Assembly: GCA_038057845.1 (NCBI GenBank)
Contig: JBBUCK010000041.1
Location: 1,042 to 65,041, forward strand
Length of the DNA: 64,000 bases
Direction: 5' to 3'
Origin: Patescibacteria group bacterium
GTDB taxonomy: Bacteria > Patescibacteriota > Minisyncoccia > Phycocordibacterales > JAGLPS01
Below, one piece after another: positions 38,716-47,565 of this stretch; within the stretch, counting starts at the first letter, position 1; every line of letters starts with the position of its first letter. A model generated the notes under the pieces. That model saw nothing but the letters and a program-made list of their open reading frames with translations, was not told the origin of the DNA and did no database searches. Made by a program: the position numbers and the translations under genes.

Positions 38716-39873
38716 TTAACTTCGAATTCTTCGTCCTTGAGAGCGAGGAGTAAGAGATGAGGGATGTTTTTTTAATCGGCCTCCACCCGAATGTAGTGTT
38801 TCAGTATGGGCGGGGACTTTATTGTTTAATTTATATGCTCTCCACAAGTCAATGTGGGGATTAAAGACGCCTGTTTTCTTTCTTATACGATCAATCCATT
38901 TTGGATTATCAATATACCATTGCAGGGTTTTAGCGAAAGCTTTTTCAAAAGAATACATCGGTCTCCATCCAAGTTCGGAAGTTATTTTTGTCGAGTCTAT
39001 GGAATATCGACGGTCATGTCCCGGCCGATCACCCACATATTCTATCCATGATTCGTCACGGTTAAAGTATTTCAAAATACGTTTCGCGATGTCGGTGTTA
39101 TCAAGTTCATTATCCGCACCAATGTGATATACACCACCCGGGGTTCCTTTGAGAAGACAGAGCTCTAAGGCATGGCAATGGTCAAGTACATACACCCAAT
39201 CTCTTACATGCCTACCATCACCATAGAGGGGCAATTTTTTATCCTCAAGCATACGCAACACAAAAAAAGGAATGATTTTTTCTGGATACTGATAGGGGCC
39301 ATAGTTGTTCGAACAATGTGTCACAACTATCGGCACCTTCCATGTTGAAAAATAGGACCGACACAAAAGGTCTCCCCCCGCTTTAGTTGCAGCATAAGGA
39401 ACATTGGGCGCGAAAAGTGTGTATTCATGAAAACGTTCTTTGGAATCGAGCGGCAGACTACCGTGGACTTCATCTGTTGAGACCTGAACATATTTTATAA
39501 CTGATACATTAGCCTTCACCGCTTCAGCTATATTAAAAACCCCCTCAATGTTGGTTTTTATAAATTCAAGCGATGCGCCATGAATACTCCGGTCGACATG
39601 CGTTTCAGCAGCAAAGTTTATAACATAATCAGGTTTGTGCTTTTTGAAAACTGCATCAACCGCTTTTTTATTGACGATATCACCTTTCACAAAGCGATAA
39701 TCAAGAGTGGGATTTTTGGAGATATCTTTATTGTTGTCGAGGTTTCCCGAATAGGTTAACTTATCGAAGTTAATAATTTTGACCGTAGGATATTTAGAAA
39801 AAATATACCGTATGAAATTCGAGCCTATAAAACCCGCTCCTCCACAAACTAAAATTGTCTTTTTATTGAAATT
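38716..39873 (-). CDS. rmlB: dTDP-glucose 4,6-dehydratase (ORF track start 39948; MNFNKK start more likely); unusual ~40-aa C-terminal tail
   Basis: ILVCGGAGFIGSNF, YAATKAGGD (Y-x3-K), HGASLEFIKTNIEG. Confidence 0.8.
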   Translation of the reverse strand, partial: NFNKKTILVCGGAGFIGSNFIRYIFSKYPTVKIINFDKLTYSGNLDNNKDISKNPTLDYRFVKGDIVNKKAVDAVFKKHKPDYVINFAAETHVDRSIHGASLEFIKTNIEGVFNIAEAVKANVSVIKYVQVSTDEVHGSLPLDSKERFHEYTLFAPNVPYAATKAGGDLLCRSYFSTWKVPIVVTHCSNNYGPYQYPEKIIPFFVLRMLEDKKLPLYGDGRHVRDWVYVLDHCHALELCLLKGTPGGVYHIGADNELDNTDIAKRILKYFNRDESWIEYVGDRPGHDRRYSIDSTKITSELGWRPMYSFEKAFAKTLQWYIDNPKWIDRIRKKTGVFNPHIDLWRAYKLNNKVPAHTETLHSGGGRLKKHPSSLTPRSQGRRIRS

Positions 39874-39895
39874 CATAGTTGTAATTATACTTGCA

Positions 39896-40837
39896 CTATT
39901 CTTTATTTTCTTGATTTTTATACCACTCATATGTGGATGTGATGCCATCTTTGAGGTCTATAGTGTGTTTCCAGCCAAGTTCGTGCAGCTTTGAAACATC
40001 AAGCAATTTTCTAGGTGTACCATCAGGTTTGGTTTGATCCCAGATGATTTTTCCCTCGAAGCCTACAATTTCTTTAATCAATTCTGCCAACGATTTTATG
40101 CTGATATCTTCACCAGTTCCGATATTGACGATTGAAGAATCATTGTAATTATTCATAAGAAAAAAACAAGCACTGGCTAAATCGTCTACATGTAGAAATT
40201 CTCGCAGAGCACGTCCTGTCCCCCAGACAACAACTTCACTATGACTATTTATTTTTGCTTCATGAAATTTACGTATAAGCGCGGGTAAGACATGTGAGTT
40301 TTTTAAGTCGAAATTGTCATGCGGACCATATAAATTAGTTGGCATAACTGAAATAAAATTTGTTCCGTATTGTTTGTTATATGACTGGCACATGATAATC
40401 CCAGCAATTTTAGCGATAGCATAGGCTGTATTGGTTGGTTCAAGTGAGCCTGTTAAAAGATATTCTTCTTTAATTGGCTGCTCTGCAAGTCGTGGGTAAA
40501 TGCATGAACTTCCTAGGAAAATAAGTTTCTTTACTTTATTAACATACGCGGCATTAATAATATTTGCCTCAATAAGTATATTTTCGTAGATGAAAGATGC
40601 TGGGTAGGTACTGTTTGCATGAATACCACCCACCTTCGCTGCGGCAATAAAAACATATTCTGGTTTCTCTTCTTCAAAAAAAGCACTTACTGCTTTCTGG
40701 TCAAGTAAATCAAGTTCCTTGCGAGTTCTTAATAGGAGATTGCCATATCCATCTTTCTCCAGCCTACGGACAATCGAAGAACCCACAAGCCCTCGATGGC
40801 CCGCCACATAAATTTTAGACTTCTTGTCCATTGCCAT
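39896..40837 (-). CDS. fcl: GDP-L-fucose synthase (GDP-4-keto-6-deoxymannose 3,5-epimerase/4-reductase)
   Basis: [28 protein letters not shown]. Confidence 0.85.
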   Translation of the reverse strand: MAMDKKSKIYVAGHRGLVGSSIVRRLEKDGYGNLLLRTRKELDLLDQKAVSAFFEEEKPEYVFIAAAKVGGIHANSTYPASFIYENILIEANIINAAYVNKVKKLIFLGSSCIYPRLAEQPIKEEYLLTGSLEPTNTAYAIAKIAGIIMCQSYNKQYGTNFISVMPTNLYGPHDNFDLKNSHVLPALIRKFHEAKINSHSEVVVWGTGRALREFLHVDDLASACFFLMNNYNDSSIVNIGTGEDISIKSLAELIKEIVGFEGKIIWDQTKPDGTPRKLLDVSKLHELGWKHTIDLKDGITSTYEWYKNQENKE

Positions 40838-40845
40838 ATATATTT

Positions 40846-43062
40846 TTATTCGCTATTTTTACTCTCGTGTTCCAAATCTGCCATTACCATAAGCTTTGCC
40901 AATTCCTTAAATGTGACGTTTGGCTTCCAGCCGAGTTTATTTTTTGCTTTTGAGTAGTCTCCTAAAAGTATATCAACTTCTGCTGGTCTAAAATATTTCA
41001 GGTCAACTTCAATAATAGTTTTACCTGTCTTTCTATCAATACCTTTTTCATTGAGACCTTTGCCTTTCCAGACAATGTCCATATCAAGATATTTTGCCGT
41101 TTCCTCAATAAATTCCCGAACAGTGTGCGTTTCGTTTGTCGCGAGAATGAAATCATCGGGGTTTTTGTGCTGGAGAATAAGCCACATACCATAGACAAAA
41201 TCTTTCGCGTAACCCCAGTCTCGCTTCGCGTCCAAATTACCCAAGTAGAGTTTCTTCTCCTTGCCTAATTGTATACGTGAAAGCCCTCGAGTTATTTTTC
41301 GTGTAACGAATGTTTCGCCGCGGCGGGGGGAATTATGCACGCGTGCTTTTCCAATTCCACAATGGAATTCTCCCGAAGAAGTTTCTAAATCGTAAAACCA
41401 ACCATCGTACTTCTGGATTTCCAAAATTTTTTTCACTTCAGAAGGCTCTTTCTTGAGATGGTGCGTGTCGCATGCAAAACCACCATGTTGGATTTTTCTT
41501 ATAAATGTACGCGAGATCCCCGTTATGTGCGCCATTTCTCTTTGTGATACTCCAGTGCCCACGAGTTGTCTTATAGATTGTTCCTTGAATACATTATTTG
41601 TGGTGGTGAGAATATTCAGTGAATAAAATATTCTGCCATCGTCTTTTGTCTCTACAGTGAGGTTAATATTTTGTTGTGTGGTTTTGTCGATAAGATACCA
41701 CAATCCCATGGCTAATGTGGGGGAATTCGTCTTGAAGTTCTTGAATTCATAAGTGCAGGGGTTTGCTTTCAAGCCGTCACATACATTATAGCCGCGCAAG
41801 AACGCAAGCATGACATGCGAAGGGGCGTTCAAAATAACTTTTGGCACGCGCTTAGTCTTATCTTTGTTATAGATATCGATACTGCGTAGCCAATTATTGC
41901 CACCAGCTAGTTGTAGCTGTCCTACGATATTTTTCTGATTAAAACCTGAACGGGAAGGATAGTATAGTGTGTGACCGCCAGTAACCTTTTTCCATAACAT
42001 ATCGAAATGTTGTCGTAATAGTGGATCCGAGTTTGTGAACTTAGCATGGACACCGATGCCTTTGGTGGCGTATGTGGCGGAACCGTCACCTACCATCATA
42101 CCCATAAGCTCCGCCTCTTCTTCGGAATTGGGTAATTGGCGACTTTGCGTATCTGGTTTAGGAAGATCAATGGAGTCAATACAGTCTCCGATTGCAATGT
42201 TCCCAGTTTCTTTTTCTTCTCCCCCTTTCATAAATACAACATGACTGGAAGTTGCCATGAATGCACCAGATCGTGCATTGATAAAGCGCGGATGTTTATT
42301 CTCCCTTTCAGTATCGTGCGGATAGGCGGAAGCAAATGTCACATCAACCCATCCCTGTTTGCTCCATACTTGCACCCCCGAAACTTCTTTTGATTGATAA
42401 TGCTTAAGAGATTCGTTGAATGTTACTATTTCTCGAATTGGTTTTATGTTAAATTCATTCGAACCGGTTTCTTTGCAAAACATAGGCATAAAAGATGACA
42501 CTGTCTCGTGATTGAATAAAATTCCGTTTGAAGCAAACATCCCATACGCTTCTCGATAGTTTTTTGTTATCCAATAGGCGTAAAGTTTAGCCACGCCGTA
42601 CGGTGAGCGAGGGTGGAAAGGAGTTTTTTCTGTTAACGGTAATTCAACCGTCTTACCGAACATCTCAGAGGATGAGGCTTGGTAAAACTTAGTTTTAGTT
42701 AGTCCGGTTTCGCGCATTGCGTCCAGAAGGCGAAGTGTACCAAGTCCTGTGACATCCCCAGTGTATTCCGGCATATCAAAGCTAACACGTACATGGCTCT
42801 GCGCACCTAAATGATAGATTTCATTAGGTTTAATTTCACTTAAAATACGGTTAAGATTACTCCCATCAGACAGATCTCCATAATGGAGAAATAATTTGAT
42901 GTTGTTTATATGGGGATCTTTATAGAGATGGTCAATCCTATCAGTATTAAACGTACTTGCTCGTCTGATAATGCCATGAACTTCATATCCTTTTTCAAGA
43001 AGGAGTTCAGCCAAATAAGACCCGTCCTGTCCGGTGATGCCTGTAATAAGAGCTTTTTTCAT
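40846..43062 (-). CDS. gmd: GDP-mannose 4,6-dehydratase interrupted by a ~391-aa intein (precursor 738 aa)
   Basis: N-extein [22 protein letters not shown]...ILFNHE and C-extein [16 protein letters not shown] match the conserved Gmd NHESPRRG region split by an insertion. Confidence 0.85.
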   Translation of the reverse strand: MKKALITGITGQDGSYLAELLLEKGYEVHGIIRRASTFNTDRIDHLYKDPHINNIKLFLHYGDLSDGSNLNRILSEIKPNEIYHLGAQSHVRVSFDMPEYTGDVTGLGTLRLLDAMRETGLTKTKFYQASSSEMFGKTVELPLTEKTPFHPRSPYGVAKLYAYWITKNYREAYGMFASNGILFNHETVSSFMPMFCKETGSNEFNIKPIREIVTFNESLKHYQSKEVSGVQVWSKQGWVDVTFASAYPHDTERENKHPRFINARSGAFMATSSHVVFMKGGEEKETGNIAIGDCIDSIDLPKPDTQSRQLPNSEEEAELMGMMVGDGSATYATKGIGVHAKFTNSDPLLRQHFDMLWKKVTGGHTLYYPSRSGFNQKNIVGQLQLAGGNNWLRSIDIYNKDKTKRVPKVILNAPSHVMLAFLRGYNVCDGLKANPCTYEFKNFKTNSPTLAMGLWYLIDKTTQQNINLTVETKDDGRIFYSLNILTTTNNVFKEQSIRQLVGTGVSQREMAHITGISRTFIRKIQHGGFACDTHHLKKEPSEVKKILEIQKYDGWFYDLETSSGEFHCGIGKARVHNSPRRGETFVTRKITRGLSRIQLGKEKKLYLGNLDAKRDWGYAKDFVYGMWLILQHKNPDDFILATNETHTVREFIEETAKYLDMDIVWKGKGLNEKGIDRKTGKTIIEVDLKYFRPAEVDILLGDYSKAKNKLGWKPNVTFKELAKLMVMADLEHESKNSE
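41332..42504 (-). mobile_element. intein with LAGLIDADG homing-endonuclease domain inserted in gmd
   Basis: block B ATSSHVV (TxxH); two LAGLIDADG motifs [10 protein letters not shown] and [12 protein letters not shown]; block [25 protein letters not shown] ending HN + Ser(+1); N-terminal boundary uncertain (residue after NHE is Thr; a Cys lies 9 aa downstream). Confidence 0.7.
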
Positions 43063-43170
43063 AAAGTTTATAAAGTCGAAAGTCTATAAAGTCCTTAAAG
43101 CCATAAAGTTCCTGAAGCTCAAAAGCGGTAGTGGTGTACTTTACGAACTTTTAACTTTCAGACTTTTGAC
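43063..43170. repeat. bipartite inverted array: ATAAAGT(C/T) repeats (43063-43115) then GACTTT-type repeats (43135-43170) around a short central spacer, immediately upstream of gmd
   Basis: cataaagtttataaagtcgaaagtctataaagtccttaaagccataaagttcc...ctttacgaacttttaactttcagacttttgacta. Confidence 0.65.
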
Positions 43171-43178
43171 TATTTTTC

Positions 43179-43427
43179 CTACCATTTATTAATTTTAGTA
43201 ACAACTTTTTTCTTAATCGTCAAGTAGGAGTTTGTTGCCGCTTTTTCCATGTTAGGCGAAATAAGACGAAGAATTTCTTTTCCCAAAATTCGGTATTGAC
43301 CGCCAACTTTGTTTGCTCTAATAAGCCCCTTTTTAAGAAAGCGTTTTATAGTGCTCTCGCTTACCTTCAGAAATTGTTGTGTTTCCAAGGAGGTATATAC
43401 AGCATTTGGTTTTATCTCTTGTTCCAT
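43179..43427 (-). CDS. small helix-turn-helix DNA-binding protein, excisionase/MerR-like (HTH_17-type)
   Basis: VYTSLETQQFLKVSESTIKRFLKKGLIRANKVGGQYRI resembles excisionase-family HTH. Confidence 0.5.
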   Translation of the reverse strand: MEQEIKPNAVYTSLETQQFLKVSESTIKRFLKKGLIRANKVGGQYRILGKEILRLISPNMEKAATNSYLTIKKKVVTKINKW

Positions 43428-43578
43428 CCCGTTAGAAGTTTATGTTTATAATAATTTTGCGCAGTGCGTCTGCCGAATAGGCAGTTCCCGTTATGGGCGA
43501 AGCGCTGCGCCCCGAAAGGGATGGAGCTATTCGCTCCTCGCGCTTCGCGTAGTTACTGTTTCGTAAACTTCTAACGGG
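43428..43578. ncRNA. GC-rich, multi-hairpin structured element closed by 15-bp perfect terminal inverted repeats (candidate ncRNA / 5' leader / MITE-like element)
   Basis: cccgttagaagtttA...TAAACTTCTAACGGG outer stem; inner hairpins GUCUGCC-GAAUA-GGCAG, GCGAAGCGC...GCGCUUCGC (9 bp) enclosing CCC-GAAA-GGG and GGAGC-UAUU-CGCUCC; abuts the start codon of the HTH gene. Confidence 0.4.
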
Positions 43579-43770
43579 ATTCCATATGTAGTATCATAAT
43601 AAGGCAAGATAGCAAGAAGTGTCAACAGGCTTCAACACACACCATCTATTTCTGTCAGATTCTATTCGACCAAATGATACTATGTTCAATTTTTCATATT
43701 GCTTGACTAGAGTTGCTACTTTTTTCCAAAATTAATGGGTATCTTTTAATTCGTCTGCTATAATTGCCCA

Positions 43771-45936
43771 ATGACTAATATGTATGCAATTTTAAAATAT
43801 ATTATTTACACGGGTCTTTTTGCCGCTCTTTTTCTACCGTTTTATATTGATGGAACAATGTTCTTTCCTTTTATAACAGGAAAAGGCTTTGCTTTTAGAA
43901 TTATTGTTGAAATTATTACTTTCGCATGGATTATCCTCTTTCTACAAGACAAAACATATCGACCAAAATTCTCATGGATAGTTGTCACGTTTGCCGCATT
44001 CGCTCTTTCCTTAGGTGTTTCCACTATTCTTTCTGAAAATCCTTACAAAAGTTTTTGGAGCAATTTCGAAAGAATGGAAGGGTTTATAACCGTTCTTCAT
44101 CTTTTCGCGTATTTTCTTGTAGCAGGTGTGATGTTGTCGACTCAAAAACTTTGGACGCGGTTTTTCAATACGTCTCTCATTGCAAGTTTTGGTATTGCTC
44201 TATACAGCTTCGCTCAACTTGCTGGAAAAATTCCCATTAATCAGGGGGGGGTGCGTGTGGATGCGACATTCGGTAATGCAACATATCTGGCGATTTATCT
44301 TGTTTTTCATATTTTTCTCGCACTCTTCCTCCTTCTTCGTAGAGATAATAAGCTCTATCGATTAGCCTATGGTTCGTTAGCTTTTGTCCATATGTTTCTT
44401 CTCTATGAGACACAAACTCGAGGTGCGATACTGGGTTTTTTGGGAGGATTTTTTATTACCGCAATACTCATTGCTCTGACGGAAAAAGAAAATACACATC
44501 TTCGTAAGATATCCTGGGGAATTATCGGCGGTATCATTCTTCTTATCATCGGATTTATTTCGGTCAAAGAAACTTCATTTGTTCGAAATAATTCCACACT
44601 TGTGCGTTTTGCGGAAATTTCATTAACAAAAGACCAAGCGAGGACCTATGTATGGCCAATGGCCATTAAAGGGTTTGTGGAACGGCCGGTCTTCGGATGG
44701 GGACAGGAAAGTTTTAATTACGTCTTCAATAAATACTACGACCCGCGTATGTACAATCATGAGCAATGGTTTGACCGTACGCACAATGTTATTCTCGACT
44801 GGCTTGTCGCGGGCGGAATATTGGGTCTCTCGCTCTATCTTCTCCTATTTATTTTCGGTTTAAGATATCTATGGAAAACGGACAATCTCTCTTCCGTGGA
44901 AAAAAGTGTTCTCACCGGTCTTTTTGCTGCCTATTTTTTCCACAATCTTTTCGTGTTTGATAATCTGATAAGTTATCTTCTCTTCTTTTCTCTCCTTGCC
45001 TATATCCATTCATCTTCCGGAAAAGAGTGGAAAATTTCCACGTTTGACATAAGTTTACGCGTTCAACAAATTGTTTCCGCCTTGGTTATTGCCGCGTTTC
45101 TGTTTATTTTATACACAGCGAACATTATTCCGATAAAGGCGAACAAAAAACTTATTGAAGCGATTTCTCCCCGGCAAGACGGAAATATTTCCCTTAATCT
45201 CGAAGCCTTTAAGAAGGCGCTCTCTTATCATTCTTTTGGCGATGCCGAAACGCGAGAACAACTTGCTCAGATAACAAATAATATGGTAAAAGCTCCTTCT
45301 GTTTCAAATGAATTGAAAATTCAGTTTGCTGAACTTTCCATGTCGGAATTGCAAAAACAACTTACGTTAACGCCCGAAGATACTAGATATCAAATATTCG
45401 CCGCTGTTTCCGCAAATGGGTTCGGTAATTACGAGCAAGGTCTCATCTACGCCCTTCAAACGGTAAAAAGCTCTCCGAGAAAACAGACGGCTTACTTTGA
45501 GTTGGGAACCTCATATATAGGAAAAAGGGATTATGAAAACGCGCTTGAGACGTTTAAAAAAGCATACGAATTAGAACCAAGCTTTCAAGACGCGAAAATC
45601 GCCTATACCGTAGGGGCGATATATGCTGGTAAAAAAGATCTCGAGAGGGAGCTCCTCTCTACGCTTCCGGAACAGATTGTATACTTTGACGACCGTCTTT
45701 TTCGGGCCTATGTAGCGAGAGGAGAATACTCGCGTGTTCTTGAAATTCTTGCCAAAAGAATCGAAATCGAACCGGGAAATTCAAGTCATCGCCTTTCCCT
45801 CGCGGCAGTATATCTTGAACTTGGAAAGCGCTCGCAGGCAGTAAAAGAGATTGAGGAAATTATTAAAATCAATCCGGAATTCAAAGAACAAGGGGAGTTC
45901 TATATAAAGGAAATACGGGCGGGGAGAAATCCTTAG
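43771..45936 (+). CDS. O-antigen ligase/polymerase (Wzy_C/RfaL-like, ~10 TM) fused to C-terminal TPR repeats
   Basis: polytopic N-terminal ~400 aa with large periplasmic loop; C-terminal TPR-like repeats (…YENALETFKKAYELEP…). Confidence 0.7.
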   Translation: MTNMYAILKYIIYTGLFAALFLPFYIDGTMFFPFITGKGFAFRIIVEIITFAWIILFLQDKTYRPKFSWIVVTFAAFALSLGVSTILSENPYKSFWSNFERMEGFITVLHLFAYFLVAGVMLSTQKLWTRFFNTSLIASFGIALYSFAQLAGKIPINQGGVRVDATFGNATYLAIYLVFHIFLALFLLLRRDNKLYRLAYGSLAFVHMFLLYETQTRGAILGFLGGFFITAILIALTEKENTHLRKISWGIIGGIILLIIGFISVKETSFVRNNSTLVRFAEISLTKDQARTYVWPMAIKGFVERPVFGWGQESFNYVFNKYYDPRMYNHEQWFDRTHNVILDWLVAGGILGLSLYLLLFIFGLRYLWKTDNLSSVEKSVLTGLFAAYFFHNLFVFDNLISYLLFFSLLAYIHSSSGKEWKISTFDISLRVQQIVSALVIAAFLFILYTANIIPIKANKKLIEAISPRQDGNISLNLEAFKKALSYHSFGDAETREQLAQITNNMVKAPSVSNELKIQFAELSMSELQKQLTLTPEDTRYQIFAAVSANGFGNYEQGLIYALQTVKSSPRKQTAYFELGTSYIGKRDYENALETFKKAYELEPSFQDAKIAYTVGAIYAGKKDLERELLSTLPEQIVYFDDRLFRAYVARGEYSRVLEILAKRIEIEPGNSSHRLSLAAVYLELGKRSQAVKEIEEIIKINPEFKEQGEFYIKEIRAGRNP

Positions 45937-45945
45937 AGAAGTTTT

Positions 45946-46105
45946 TAGCTTTTAGGGATTAGCTTATAGGGGAAGGTTGTAGTTTTTAGCTTATAGCTTG
46001 TAGAAAGATAGAAAGATAGAAAGAGAAGATTCTCCCGTCCCGAATTCAATGATTCCTAGAATTTTTCCTCCTAAAAGCTAACAGCTATAGGCTATAAGCT
46101 ACGCA
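45946..46105. repeat. inverted arrays of TAGCTT(A/T)TAGG motifs flanking an (AGAAAGAT)n-containing spacer
   Basis: gtttttagcttttagggattagcttataggg...gtttttagcttatagcttgtag | agaaagatagaaagatagaaagag... | cctaaaagctaacagctataggctataagctac. Confidence 0.55.
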
Positions 46106-46108
46106 GAG

Positions 46109-46137
46109 TTGCATTTTTTAGTGATTCATGCTATATT
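46109..46137 (+). promoter_or_regulatory. near-consensus sigma70-type promoter TTGCAT-17-TATATT
   Basis: ttgcat (46109-46114), 17-nt spacer, tatatt (46132-46137). Confidence 0.45.
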
Positions 46138-46144
46138 ATCCACG

Positions 46145-46219
46145 TGTGAGTGCATTAAGCACTAGCGACCAAATAAGAATGTCTGCGTAAGCCCCCTCCA
46201 AAAGAGGGGGTTTGCGTTT
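46145..46219 (+). ncRNA. candidate ~75-nt small RNA: 5' hairpin (AGUGC-AUUAA-GCACU), single-stranded middle, intrinsic terminator
   Basis: promoter immediately upstream; terminator CCCCCTC-caaaa-GAGGGGG + TTTGCGTTTG at 46191-46219. Confidence 0.35.
46191..46219 (+). terminator. rho-independent terminator hairpin
   Basis: 7-bp GC stem, 5-nt loop, U-rich tail. Confidence 0.6.
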
Positions 46220-46327
46220 GTAGAGACTATTTTGTTAAAATCTCTCTATATATAGAGTCGTGTTTAGTCACGACGGGCGGCCGCACTCACATTAAGACAT
46301 TTTTGGAGCTAGCACCGCCCGTCATGA

Positions 46328-47377
46328 GTGGATGTGACCCCTATAGAGATTTCCGAAAACACGCCCCTTAAACTTCTTAATACATTTAAGACGGGTGGCA
46401 ACGCTTGTTATTTTGTTGATGTTTCAACAATTAAACAGTTAATACAGGCAGTTTCTTTTGCACAAAAAAGAAGTTTGCCAATTTTTATCCTAGGTGAAGG
46501 TTCTAATATTCTTATTTCAGATGAAGGTTTTGATGGTCTTGTTATACGTATGAAGATTTCCGGTATTACATTCCAAAATGAAACAGAAGAAAAAATCGAG
46601 GTGAGGGTTGGGGCAGGAGAGCATTGGGATTTTTTTGTGGAGCACATGGTTTCAAAAGGTTTGTATGGAATCGAAAATCTTTCTGGTATTCCTGGAAGTG
46701 TTGGTGCAGCACCAGTTCAGAACATTGGTGCCTATGGTGTTGAAGCAAAAGATTCTATTCTCTTTGTTGATGTGTTTGATATAGAAGATACAAAAATAAA
46801 AAAGATTTCTTCTCCTGATTGTAATTTTTCTTATCGTGATAGTATTTTTAAAACCGAAAAAGGTAAAAAATATATTATTGTATCTGTTACGTTCCTCCTA
46901 AAAAAACACAAAAACCTTTCTACGGATTATCGAGACCTTGCCCTTTATCTTAAAGAAAGAGATATAACACATCCTTCCTTGCAGGACATACGGAATGCAA
47001 TTCTTGAAATCCGTAAGCAAAAACTTCCTTCTCTTGCCGATTACGGCACAGCTGGGTCATTTTTTAAAAATATTATTATTCAAGATAGAGAATTTAAGTT
47101 ACTGAAAGAAAGATTTCCCAAAATACCTTCGTTTCTCGCAGAAGTAGGAAAAGTAAAGATTCCTACTGCATGGGTATTTGATAATATTTGTAATTTAAAA
47201 GGCTTACGAGAAGGCAATGTGGGTGTATATGAAAGACAAGCACTTGTTCTTGTGACGTTTGGGAATGCTACTTCTCTTGAAGTAAAAAACTTATCTGATT
47301 TTATTATTGAAGAAGTAAAAAAGAAAACGGGTTTACTTCTCGAGCGCGAGGTGCAACTCGTTGGAATGTTTGATTAA
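46328..47377 (+). CDS. murB: UDP-N-acetylenolpyruvoylglucosamine reductase
   Basis: LKLLNTFKTGGNACYFVDV...IFILGEGSNILISDEGFDGLVI FAD-binding domain; C-terminal MurB domain. Confidence 0.8.
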   Translation: MDVTPIEISENTPLKLLNTFKTGGNACYFVDVSTIKQLIQAVSFAQKRSLPIFILGEGSNILISDEGFDGLVIRMKISGITFQNETEEKIEVRVGAGEHWDFFVEHMVSKGLYGIENLSGIPGSVGAAPVQNIGAYGVEAKDSILFVDVFDIEDTKIKKISSPDCNFSYRDSIFKTEKGKKYIIVSVTFLLKKHKNLSTDYRDLALYLKERDITHPSLQDIRNAILEIRKQKLPSLADYGTAGSFFKNIIIQDREFKLLKERFPKIPSFLAEVGKVKIPTAWVFDNICNLKGLREGNVGVYERQALVLVTFGNATSLEVKNLSDFIIEEVKKKTGLLLEREVQLVGMFD

Positions 47378-47565
47378 ATATTTTTTTGGAAAATAAAGTT
47401 ATCAACATATTTGTGATATAAAACATTGTGTTGCGCATCTTCCTATTTCATAATTAAGACAAGGTCGTAGGAAATTCTATCCTGAATACAACTGAAGGAT
47501 AAAATTTCAAGATCACGCTCTCCAAGCGTTTAGAAGTAATTTTTATCAATCGTACGATTGATTAC

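Noticed and set aside
38716-38835. ~40-aa C-terminal extension of RmlB (…HTETLHSGGGRLKKHPSSLTPRSQGRRIRS) as evidence of frameshift or pseudogene
   Set aside because: Core RmlB is intact and collinear; a low-complexity tail may be real or a late stop. No internal stop or frame break visible, so not called pseudogene.
43428-43578. Retron msr/msd (structured element with flanking a1/a2-like inverted repeats)
   Set aside because: No reverse-transcriptase gene adjacent; neighbouring genes are an HTH protein and an O-antigen ligase.
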